From contig NW_003314319.1 in NCBI RefSeq assembly GCF_000143415.4, positions 320,115 to 384,114 on the forward strand: a DNA stretch of 64,000 nucleotides, written 5' to 3'. This DNA comes from Selaginella moellendorffii (taxonomy: Eukaryota; Plantae; Lycopodiophyta). The number at the start of each line of letters is the position of its first letter. Position 1 is the first letter of the stretch. The position numbers and the translations under genes are program-made. Below the pieces are notes generated by a model. That model was given only the letters and a program-made list of their open reading frames with translations, did not search any database and was not told where the DNA came from. Shown here piece by piece: positions 1-10,592 of the stretch.

Positions 1-3000
1 ATTGGCGAGGAGGAGAATTGGGATGTTGGGGCAATGCCGGAATCTTCTGACGAGGAGGACGGTGCTGCCAAAAAGAAAAAGATTGCTGGTAAGAGTCTTG
101 TTCTTTTCCCTCTTTCAGATGAAGGAATTGTGGTGTTGTGTTGTAGATCCGAAGAAGAAGAGAGATGTGCCCAGTAGAAAGGAGAGGGAGCTCATGGCAG
201 CAGCTTCGCTCATGGGGAAGCAGAGTGTCTCCAGTATGTTTGCTGCTGCTGGGTCGGGAATGAGCGTCAAATCCTCCAAAGCTAGAGACTTCGATGGAGC
301 GGACCAGGTGCTGGATGACGTTCTCGCTGCTGTAGGCGCGGACAGTGTTCATCGGGAGAGGAAGAAGAAGCATCGACAAACATCGGAGGCAAAGGAGGAC
401 AGTCACTTTTCCAGGGAAATGCCATCTCTTATGGCTGATATGGAAATAGCTGCCAAGGTGGAGGAGGACTCACTTCCACCACCACCTTCTACATCAGAGA
501 AGCAGGCAGAAGACTCTGCGGTTTCCACTTTTCTTGTAGCTGATGCGGAAGTAAAAATCAAGGTGGAGGAGCCAAGTCAAGAGCTTCCACCACTGCCGTT
601 CAACGCGGATCATAGCACGAGTAAAAATGAACGAATCAAAGCGGCTGAAGATTCTTCCGGCCTAGGAGAAATGCCAGCCCTCCCGGCTGACGAGATGGGA
701 AACCTTTCATTTTTCTTCCTGGATGCCTACGAGGAGGCGTTCGGTGCAAACGCCGGGACTGTTTTCCTCTTTGGAAAGGTACGAAGTTCAGCTATAAACT
801 TACGTCTCAGGATTGGTTTCGATGCAGGTTCAAAGAGGTGGAAAATATGTCAGCTGTTGTGTTGCCGTGAGAAATATCCAGCGGTGTGTTTTTGCAGTTC
901 CTGGTCCGTCGGTATTTCCAGACGGCCTCGTCAACACTCTGGAACAAGAAGCAACATCATCCGAACTGAAGGTGAAGCTTCAGGTGGGGCCTTGAATTTT
1001 AGACATTGTTCCTGCTCTGACAATGCAGATTCCAGGAAATGGCTAGAGAAATGAAAATGGAGCTCTCAGAAAAGTTGATGGAGCTCAACGTTTCGAAGTT
1101 TAGCATGATACCTGTGAAGGTATAACATAGTTCAATATCTTCAAATCACAAATATTTTCTTTTCTCCAGAGGTCATATGCATTCGACAGAATGGATGTGC
1201 GATCAGGAGCTCATTATTATTTAAAATTAAGTTATCCCTTCAAGGTTTGCTTTCCATTTAGTTTTAATTAGTTAGTTTCGTATCCCGTAGGATCCGACGC
1301 TTCCGGGTGATCTGAGAGGAGCGCACTTCACCAGTGTATTCGGAACACGGACAAGGTGAAGGCATGCTTTAATTATGAGTACTGTTAGTTTTGACAGTTT
1401 CTTTCAATATTGCATAGTGCGCTGGAAACTTTTCTCATTAAAAGAAGAATCAAGGGACCTTGTTGGCTGTCCATCTCGAACTCGCACCAAATACCATGCT
1501 CTTCTCAGGTTGGTAATGACGAAAGATAGATTATCTTGACACTATCCTGTTGTTTCAGATCAGCTGGTGTAAAGTGGAGGTTTCCGTGGATTCTCCGAAA
1601 GACGTAGCTAATATATCAACTTTGAAACCTGCGTTTGAGATCCCGAGGCTGATTGTTGCTAGCATCTGTCTGAAGACGGTAGTCAATCAGAAACAAAATC
1701 TAAATGAGATTGTCTCTGCATCGGTAGTGTTTTGCGAGCGCGTAAAGGTATACTGGTCACATTTGATTTTGTGATGAACTTGTGACATGATTTTTCTGCA
1801 GGTAGATGCACCCATGCCGCAGTCCGAGTGGAACAAGCAAGAGATGCTAGAACATTTTAGCATCGTCCGCAAGCTCGATGGCGGAGTATATCCGATGGGA
1901 TTTTCTTCTGAGGTATCACTCATTAATAACAAGAGCGGGTGCAGCGTTTTGAGCTGTGAGGGGAGGTAAGCTTGGCAACGTGGGCCACTTATCCTGATTT
2001 CTTTGTTTCCTGCAGTGAGCGTGCCCTATTGAATTGTCTGATGATCAAGCTTCATCAACTAGACCCTGACGTGTTAGTTGGACATAACATTTCGGGGTTT
2101 GATCTCGACGTCCTCCTGCATCGCTTGCAAGTACGAAAGCTATGCGATTACGACATTTGCTCATTGATGTGTATCAGGCGTGCAAAGTTCCAAGCAACGT
2201 GTGGTCTCGAGTCGGGCGGCTGAAAAGGTCTCAGATGCCTAGGCTGGTTGGTGGTGGAAATAATTTTGGTGGAGGAGCGGGTCCAGGAGTAATGTCGTGT
2301 GTTGCCGGCCGTTTACTATGCGACACATATCTTTCTTCTAGAGAGCTTGTGAAGGAAGTAAGTTTTTGTGACATAATTTCTATCATACTGAGCATTTGAA
2401 TTGTGCAGGTGAGCTATACTTTAACGCAATTGTCGAAATCTCAGCTGGGAAGAGAAAGAAAAGAAATCTCCCCATCAGAGATTCCAAACATGTTCCAAAC
2501 GTCGTCCACCCTGTTTGAACTGGTATGAGTTTCTCTTTCGCAGTGGTTTTGCGTTTACGGTATATATTTACAGATTCAATCTGGTGAAACCGACGCTTGG
2601 TTGTCGTTGAGTTTGATGTTTCACCTTAGTGTTTTACCGCTTACACGGCAACTCACTAACATTAGCGGTAATTTGTGGAGTAAAACCTTACAAGTAAGTT
2701 ACAGATGACAACTGCCATTCTTATCTCATGTTATGAACAACAGGGTGCAAGGGCACAAAGAGTTGAATATCTGCTCTTGCATGAGTTTTATGGACGTAAA
2801 TATATTGTTCCTGACAAAGTATCTGCTAGTGAAAAAGAGAAAGACAACGAGAAAAAGAGGAAAACAGCACAACAAGATGAAGACTTTGAGCCGGATTCTG
2901 CAGTCGAGGCAAAGAACAAGAAAGCTCCGGCTTACACTGGCGGGTTGGTTCTCGAACCGAAAAAGGGGCTTTACGACAAGTATATTTTGCTTCTGGATTT

Positions 3001-5746
3001 CAATAGTCTTTATCCATCTATAATCCAGGTATTTTGTCGTTAGTATTCAAAAGCTCACGGTTTCTTTTTCTTTTTCATGAAATGCCTTAGGAATACAATA
3101 TATGTTTTACTACTGTTGAGCGGTCCTCAGATGGTTCAATATCCTCTTTGCCAAATGCGGATGCACCTGGTGTACTCCCGCAGGTACGCCGGTATGCTTG
3201 TACAGGGGACTCCTCTCATCTGCTGTCTTTGTCAGGTCTTGAAAGCATTGGTTGATCGCAGGAAACAGGTGAAGCAATGGCTTAAGAAAACAACGGATGT
3301 CTTGAAATACCAGCAGATGGACATACAGCAGCAAGCTCTCAAACTTACTGCTAACAGGTATGGATCTTAGCTTCTGTACAAGATTCTCAAATGCAGAAGC
3401 AATCAGTATGTACGGTTGTTTGGGATTTCCCAACTCGAGGTTTTATGCCAAGTTCATTGCCGAATTGATAACTTCACAGGTATTTTATTCTTTCTGAAAA
3501 AACTTGTTCTTATGCATACTGTGATAGGGACGCGAAATACTTCAAAGTACAGTGGATCTTGTCCAAAACGTCTTGAATTTAGAGGTACTAATGTTTTATC
3601 TACTTAAGATATTACAGTTATCTCTGTGACCAGGTGATCTATGGGGATACTGATTCAATAATGATCAATACGGGGCTGGACGATCTTTTAAAGGCCAAAA
3701 GCATTGCCGCGCAAGTTATTAAGGAGGTAAGATTTGATTAGATTATCTTGAATTTGACTCTTCGAAGTTCAGGTTAACAAAAAGTACAAACTACTGGAAA
3801 TCGACTTAGATGGCGTTTTCAAAAGAATGCTTCTACTTAAAAAGAAGAAGTATGCCTGCGTGAAAGTTGAAACCAGTGCTGACGGAAAACTTCGAGAGGT
3901 AAACAAGTTTTTCTTTGATTGTGAGCTCTAGGAAGTTGCGGTGCAGGTAATAGAGCAAAGAGGACTGGATATAGTGCGAAGAGACTGGAGCCTTCTATCG
4001 AAAGATGTGGGAAACTTTATTCTCGAGCAGATTTTATCGGAAGGGTAAGTTTCTTGTTCTTTAACAAAAATTCATATCGCGACGAATTTTACAGTTCACG
4101 GGAGGATGTTGTTGACGCTATCCACGATAAATTAAGAAAGGTGCGTTCTTGTTTGTTTTTCGTTTTTCTAATTAGTTTTTCTTCTCATAGTTGCAAGATG
4201 ATATGAGAAATGGCAGAATTGAACTTGAAAAGTATGTCATCACAAAGAGCTTAAGCAAACGACCAGAGGACTACCCTGACAGTAAAAACCAGCCTCATGT
4301 TCAGGTTGGCATCTCTTAAATCTCTCTCTTTTCTTTTGTCCTATGGAAATTGTACTTTTCAGGTTGCTCTAAGACGAAAACAGGAAGGCCATAAATGTTT
4401 CCCTGGAGATACTATTCCATATGTCATATGTTGTCAAGAGGTACGAAATCTATTTTTCTCAATACATCAACATAAATAGAACTGCAGGGTGTGCTTGGTG
4501 TTCCACTGGCTGAGAGGGCAAGGCATCCAGACGAGTTAAAAGCCGGAGGTGGTGGATGGATTATCGACGTAGACTACTATTTATCTCAACAGGTTCGCTA
4601 GTTCGTTAATATTTTTCTACTATCGAAAACTGGCAATTTCTAGATTCATCCCGTAGTCTCAAGACTATGTACACCCATTGAAGGTACCGATCCAAGTCAC
4701 ATTGCCGATTGTCTGGGTCTGGATCCATCCAAGGTCATATTCTACGCGTCTTTTCTCTCTAGGTGCTCACATTTCTCACGCTGACAGTTTCAACAACGCT
4801 CAGTGTCAACCACACTTGATAAAGAAGATGCGCTTGTGGCCACATCTGTTCTTGATGATGAAGACAGGTAGTGTTTTTTGTTATGCTGTGGAAGATCTCA
4901 CTTCGTTCTGACAGATATAACCGGTGCGAGGCTTTGGAACTGTTGTGTTCGAGTTGTGCTGCTAGATATCCATTTCCTGGAGTAAGTCACGTTCTTACTT
5001 TGGTTGGAGAGGATCAATCGGAGGACGAGAATGCCGGCACTCAGTCTCTTCTCAGTAAGCTTCTAGTGTGTCCTCATTGTTCCGTTGGACAATCTCAAAA
5101 CGTTACTGCTCCAAAGCTCACCAATCTGGTACTTTTTTCATTTTTTGTACTTCAGATGAGCCTTTATCGATTGTTTCTCCTCAGGTCCTGGACCGCGCAG
5201 CAGAGTTTATTCAACGGTACTATGATTGTTGGATGGTGGTACGTATGCTCCTTGAACTGAAAGAGCGCAACTGACATTTTCTTTATCTTTATTTCTCAAG
5301 TGCGACGACGAGATGTGCAACCACACGTCGAGGGACACGATCTTGAGAATAGTAGGGGATGCCGAGCGAGGTGCAGTGTGCCCAAACTTTCCAAGATGCA
5401 ATGGTCGTCTTGTCCGCCAGGTTAGCATCCCAGCACCTTTTCATGCTTCATTTTCTCTTAACGCTGCACGTGAAGCAGTACTCGCAAGTGGACTTGTACA
5501 ATCAGCTCACGCATTTCTTCCGCTTGTTGGATGTCAACCGCGTCCTTCAGAAGGTAGTTTGGCATGGTTCCAAGCCTCTTCTAACGACCACTTTTCCAGC
5601 AGATCCCAGAAAGAAACTCGAAGGCCGCTGTAGCCGTGAACAACCTGAGGCCTCTGGTCGATCTTCCAGCCCAAGAGATCAAAAACATCCGCGACAGGTG
5701 CGCTTACCGCTGGGTTCAAATGAGCTCCTTGTGCGTTTCTGTGTAA
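1..5746 (+). CDS. POLA1: DNA polymerase alpha catalytic subunit (family B), multi-exon, 5' end outside window
   Basis: Spliced exons give [91 protein letters not shown] (~3634-3657), [15 protein letters not shown] and C-terminal Cys clusters (CSSC..CPHC; CDDEMC..CPNFPRC). About 30 short GT-AG introns. Stop TAA at 5744-5746. Confidence 0.97.
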
Positions 5747-5776
5747 AGCCGAAGAAGTCTCAAATCCTTGAAGACA

Positions 5777-7849
5777 TTACACACTTTTGTACGCATTTGC
5801 AAGGAGCACGAAGGACGCTCCTTCCTCAAACTCAGATGGAGGTTTCAGATATCCAAGGTTGGCACTCTGATTCCTACAATTCGCTAACAAGCACCTCGAA
5901 TCTGATGCATCAGGCACAAACGGTATGCTATCGACCAAGTCTTGTACATCGTCGAGACGTCCAGCCCGGCTGAGCACGTCCACCATGCAACTGTAGTGCT
6001 GCTTACAAGGCTGGAGCTCGAAATCCACAACCATGGACCTGAAAACGCGCATAGCATCGAAAACCTTGCCTTGGGAGCTATAGGCGCTGAGCAGCGACAC
6101 GAAGCAAGCCCCATCGGGCACTTGCGTAAGTCTCATCGTCGAGGAGGTCTCTAAAGTTTTATCCAAAACGGTGGAGCTTTTAAATCTTCCAGTGGTGTAG
6201 CAATGGGAAGCCAGCAAAACGTTCCAGGAGACCGTGTCGTGCTCGGGCATTCTCTGGAAAAATGCTAGCACAAGCTCCAGATGCCCGGCTTGGGCATACA
6301 CCGCAAGAATGTTGGTCCACGAGTGTATGTCCTGCTGGGCCATACCATTGAAGAGAAGGAGAGCTTCGCTGATATGCCCGCGCTGGGTATATGCCGCCAG
6401 CATCACGTTTAGTGAGACCAAGTCGAGCCGCTCGCGCCGCCTCATGGAATCAAACAGGCATCTGGCGTCCTCCACATGCCCGAGCCGCGAATATGCCCCC
6501 AGCATTGCGTTCCACGACACGAGGTCGTGCTGCGGCATCCCGTCGAACACGGCCCTGGATTCGCGGGGGCTGTCGGCGTGTTGGGAGCACGCCAGCAGCA
6601 TCGCGTTCCACGAGACGAGGTTGCGCTGCGGCATGGCGGCGAAGAGCTTGCGCGTCTGCTGGAGATGCCCGGCTTGGGCGTGCGCGGAGATTATTACGTT
6701 CCACGCGACGAGGTTGTGGTGTGGCATGGACTCAAACATGACTCGGGCGGTGGAGAGATCGCCGCTGTGAGCGTGGGAGGAAAGCATCGTGATCCACGGA
6801 ACCAAGCCCTTGTGGGGCATACGATCAAACATCTCTTTTGCTTTACTAAGATGCCCGTTTTCCCCATACGCTGCAATCATGGCTGTCCAGGAGACGAGAT
6901 CTCTCTGCGGCATTTCGTCAAACAACGCCTGCGCTTGCGAGAGGCTTCCGTTTTGGCAGTAGCCACTGATCATCGCGTTCCAGCAGACAAGGTTTCTCTC
7001 CGGAATCTCGTCAAACAGCGCCCGAGACTGCACAAGATGCCCACTTTTGGCGAATTCCGTGATGAGAGCCGTCCATGACACAAGATCCCTCTCCGGCATA
7101 GTGTCAAAGATGGATCTTGCTCGTTGCAAACTTCCTCCTTGCGCAAACGCGCTGAGAAGTGTGTTCCAGGAGAAAAGATCCGTCTCTGGCATGGAATCAA
7201 ACACCCATCTAGTCTCCTCAAGATACCCATTTGCAGCATATGCTGCGAGCTTGGCGTTCCACGAAACAAGGTTCCACTGCGGCATTTCGTGGAATATCCA
7301 CTCCATCTGCTCGACATTATCATTCTGCCCAAATCCCGCAAGAATCGTGTTCCAAGACGCAGTGTCGCGCCTTGGCATCGCCCTCTCGAAAATTTCCCCT
7401 GCCTCCTCAATATGCCCATTCGCGGCATGCGCTGCTAGCACCGAATTCCAGCACACTACGTCGTGGGTCGGCATCCGGGCAAAGAGATCCATCGCGCGCT
7501 CGAGCTGCCCATTGCGCGCGTAGAGATTGAGCATCGCGGTCCAGGAATTGAGCCCCCGGTGTGGCATGGATTCGAAGACGCGCTGAGCCTCGCGGAGGTG
7601 CCCATTGCGCGAGTAAGCTACGAGCATCACTTGCCAGGAGAGCGCGTCCTTGGGCCATGTCTCGTCGTCGAAGATCTGGCGCGCGAGGGCTGCGCTGCCG
7701 CATCGCCCGTAGGCCTCGATGAGCTTGTTGGAGACGAAGGCGTCGATTAGAGCCCTATCCTTCTCGATTCTAGACTGGATTGCCTCCGCCGCCGGGAGGG
7801 TCTTGCAAGATTGGAGAAGATCGAGGCATTTGCCCCGATCCAGTAGCAT
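5777..7849 (-). CDS. Pentatricopeptide repeat protein, PLS/E-type with tandem short (~31 aa) motifs, intronless, no DYW domain
   Basis: 690-aa ORF of repeated (D/N)LVSWNAMxxAYAxxGHLxxAxxxFxxMP units ending in HYSCMVDVLSRAG..VPD (E-motif region). Confidence 0.95.
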   Translation of the reverse strand: MLLDRGKCLDLLQSCKTLPAAEAIQSRIEKDRALIDAFVSNKLIEAYGRCGSAALARQIFDDETWPKDALSWQVMLVAYSRNGHLREAQRVFESMPHRGLNSWTAMLNLYARNGQLERAMDLFARMPTHDVVCWNSVLAAHAANGHIEEAGEIFERAMPRRDTASWNTILAGFGQNDNVEQMEWIFHEMPQWNLVSWNAKLAAYAANGYLEETRWVFDSMPETDLFSWNTLLSAFAQGGSLQRARSIFDTMPERDLVSWTALITEFAKSGHLVQSRALFDEIPERNLVCWNAMISGYCQNGSLSQAQALFDEMPQRDLVSWTAMIAAYGENGHLSKAKEMFDRMPHKGLVPWITMLSSHAHSGDLSTARVMFESMPHHNLVAWNVIISAHAQAGHLQQTRKLFAAMPQRNLVSWNAMLLACSQHADSPRESRAVFDGMPQHDLVSWNAMLGAYSRLGHVEDARCLFDSMRRRERLDLVSLNVMLAAYTQRGHISEALLLFNGMAQQDIHSWTNILAVYAQAGHLELVLAFFQRMPEHDTVSWNVLLASHCYTTGRFKSSTVLDKTLETSSTMRLTQVPDGACFVSLLSAYSSQGKVFDAMRVFRSMVVDFELQPCKQHYSCMVDVLSRAGRLDDVQDLVDSIPFVPDASDSRCLLANCRNQSANLGYLKPPSEFEEGASFVLLANAYKSV

Positions 7850-7894
7850 ATTCCTTAGGGCGGGAGGGTGAATATTTACTCGAATATACCTCTT

Positions 7895-8730
7895 TTAAAA
7901 TTCTTCTTCTTCGTCTTGTTCTTCATCGTCGCTGCTGCCGCTAAAGTTCTCCTCGTCCTCCTCGTCTTGATCGTGATTCTCTTCAGATATTATTTCCACC
8001 GGATCGTTGGCTCGCTGATGATCTTCCGGAGTTTCTACTGCGACATCTTCTTGCTTTCGATCGTCCAGGAACCCTTTCAAGTTCTTGACGTTTTCCATGG
8101 CGCGGAAAAACTCGACGCTGTCGCCTTGCTCCGACCTGCGCTGGAGGAAGTCCTGGAGGAGCTTCGGGTAGCCGCTGATGAAGTGGGAGCTCTCCCAGGT
8201 TGCGTCCCTCACGGACAGGTTCTCCCACTGCACCAGGAACGACGTGCACGTCGAGCTTGGGAAGAACTCCTGCTTGAAGTCGATGATCCGGAGTGGCTCG
8301 ACGTAGAGCTTGCTTTCCTCTACGACCTCCGAAACCAGATCAAAGACCGGGATCGAATCGTCGTCAATCACCTCGGCAGTGAATTCTATGCAGCGAAAAG
8401 ATCTGGCTATAAGAAATCATTCAAAGGAAAAACTCTTACTTCGATCTCTTAGAGCAGCGGCGTCTCTGGTTTTGTGGATCTTCGGATTTGCATCGTATAA
8501 GGCGTCCACCTCGGTTGAGCTTATGAAGTCTGTGGTCTGCTGAGCAGCAAACAAGCGCGTGTACATTTCCGTGACATCGCACTGGAAATCGCTGCCTCGG
8601 GGAGTAAGCTTGGGCGACTGGCTGCCGCTAAGAGGACTCTCAGTCTCCCTGGGTTTCTGAAAAGGATAAAACTCTGCCACAGGCCGAGAACGTTTGTTTA
8701 CTGACAAGAATCCCAGAGTTTGCGAAAAAA
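7895..8730 (-). CDS. Chromodomain-like protein with acidic C-terminal tail, spliced (5' end uncertain)
   Basis: EPLRIIDFKQE..FLVQWENLSVRDATWE resembles a chromo domain. ORFs 8417-8707 and 7895-8371 are in the same frame, and a 54-nt GTAAG..CTTTTCGCTGCATAG intron (8439-8386) removes the intervening stop. Confidence 0.65.
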
Positions 8731-9085
8731 CCTGATTCCGATGGAAAATTGTTGTTGCCGATTTGTTTGATCATTCCTTAGAACACACCTCAAACAAAAA
8801 ATCACTACTACCAAAGAGAAAATCAAGGCAGGGACATGCCCAGTCAAGCGCTAAACTACTCCTACGTGAAGAGCAAAAGAGAAGAAGTACCCGAGTCGAA
8901 AGCGTATACACCCTCGGAGCTCTGGCACCGTTGTTGGCAGGCTGGACGAACCAACCTCTCGTTTCCAGCAGCCATGGCATCATCCACAAAGCCTGACGTT
9001 TTCCTGCCACACAACAGCGACAGTTTACCGTTTAGAGCATCCAAACAAAGCAGCAAGAACATCCAATCACTGGGAAAGAGAGAGC

Positions 9086-9583
9086 TTACTCGTCTAGTTT
9101 GTCACCAATACCAGTAGCGATCTCTTCCGTGGTTGAGACTGGCGAGGCCTTGGCCATGCGACTGAGCCGGCTGGGCTTGCCCCGGTGCTTGTTCTTGGCC
9201 GCCGCCGCCGCTGGAGCCGGCCTTGGAACCGCTGGCCTCGACTGTGGCGCGTGGATATCCACCGATGAAATCGTGTAGCTGCTACTCCCCTTGAAGGGCT
9301 TCTTGGGGCCGTCGGGCTTGGGCATCGCGGAGGGCGTCAGGCCATGCGATCGGCCATTCCCGGCGCGGTGGAGGCGGCAGCGAAAGGATCCCGCGTGTGT
9401 CGTCGGCGAGCAAGTGCATGTCGGCTTGCCTCCAGGCGATCGCGCGCCACCGCTGGAATCCGTGGCTCCGGCGGAAGAGCTCCTCCTCGACGGCACATTG
9501 TCCTTCTTGCTGGAGCTCTGCCCGGCCGTCGGCGTGAGATTTCGAGGCTTGAGCACCTTCTTGAGGAGATTTGTGCCATGCAT
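9086..9583 (-). CDS. Plant serine-rich protein with CxCSPTTHxGSFRCRLH motif
   Basis: 165-aa ORF containing TCTCSPTTHAGSFRCRLHR, a conserved motif of a land-plant Ser-rich protein family of unknown function. Confidence 0.8.
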   Translation of the reverse strand: MHGTNLLKKVLKPRNLTPTAGQSSSKKDNVPSRRSSSAGATDSSGGARSPGGKPTCTCSPTTHAGSFRCRLHRAGNGRSHGLTPSAMPKPDGPKKPFKGSSSYTISSVDIHAPQSRPAVPRPAPAAAAAKNKHRGKPSRLSRMAKASPVSTTEEIATGIGDKLDE

Positions 9584-10328
9584 CGGTGCGAAATCTGTGA
9601 AAGTGCGCTCTCAGGGAGAGAAATTTCCAGAGAATCCTCAAATTTACCGCCGATCATCCGCCGGGGCGCTCGCTCCCGATCAAGATCCAGCAACACAGGC
9701 ACAATCCGACGCGCTCGATCCCTCTTCTTGCTGGCGACCCGCGTGGCGATCGACCGATCGGCTCCGGCAGTCACGGAAAGCGATCACTCGAAGCCCTAGA
9801 AACTGGGCGCCCAGAGACAAGAGCAAAAGTTTTGGAAAAATGGCGCTCTCTATCATCTAAACGGAGATTGGATTAATTTCTTTTTTTTCTTGTTGCTAAG
9901 CAGCTAACTGCATACGGCTCTGGCCCATTCCGTGCGGCCCAAAGGGCGGAATGGCCACCTCTCTCTCCTCGCATTCGCATGGGAGGAATGTGACTACGTG
10001 TTTTCACGAGCACGGCACTGGGGTGTTCTTCCACTTCTGCCCAAAAATTGGAAAAGCTTTAAGCTTTGGTGGTCAGATCCACAGTCGCTGTGCTCGAAAA
10101 ACCTGTGAATCTTCGATTCCTTGTTTTTTTTATCTCCAAACAATGCATCGATCGTCGCGCGCTTCTTCGCTGACACCTGGTTCTTAAATCACAGGAGAAT
10201 TGGTTTGTTTTCTTCTCGAGTGGTGGAAACCAAGAAACAACCTACCATGGGAAAAGAAACTCGGCAAAAGACCTAAAAGAGAGAACCCAGTAAAACTTAC
10301 ACTCTCGCTCGCTCAATCGACAGTAGAA

Positions 10329-10351
10329 GATCGATCGATCGATCGATCGAT
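10329..10351. repeat. (GATC)5 palindromic microsatellite
   Basis: gatcgatcgatcgatcgatcgat in the 3' region of the small gene. Confidence 0.85.
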
Positions 10352-10361
10352 GTATGGACAG

Positions 10362-10592
10362 CTACTTCTTCTTCTTCGGCGATGATGATCCACCGGAGGT
10401 GGGATTCCCGCCCTTGATATACCAGCCGAGGGAGAAGAAGAAGAACCCTGCTAGCAGCGCGCTGCCCCAAGCATTGCTGTAGTACTTGGCGTATGTCCTG
10501 GTAGCGTAGCGCCACTGCTCGCGCAGTGTCTGCGGATCCGGATTGACAGGATCGGGAGGATTTGGAACAAAGCCCCCAGCCGGCACCGCCAT
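10362..10592 (-). CDS. Small single-pass membrane protein, 76 aa
   Basis: ATG-started ORF with LREQWRYATRTYAKYYSNAWG followed by a hydrophobic segment SALLAGFFFFSLGWYIKG. Probable 5'UTR intron just upstream (GTGCGG..TTTTAG). Confidence 0.75.
   Translation of the reverse strand: MAVPAGGFVPNPPDPVNPDPQTLREQWRYATRTYAKYYSNAWGSALLAGFFFFSLGWYIKGGNPTSGGSSSPKKKK

Noticed and set aside
5884-7750. Many overlapping ORFs on both strands within the PPR genes (also 45100-47060 and 60760-62700)
   Set aside because: Shadow frames of GC-rich repetitive PPR coding sequence.
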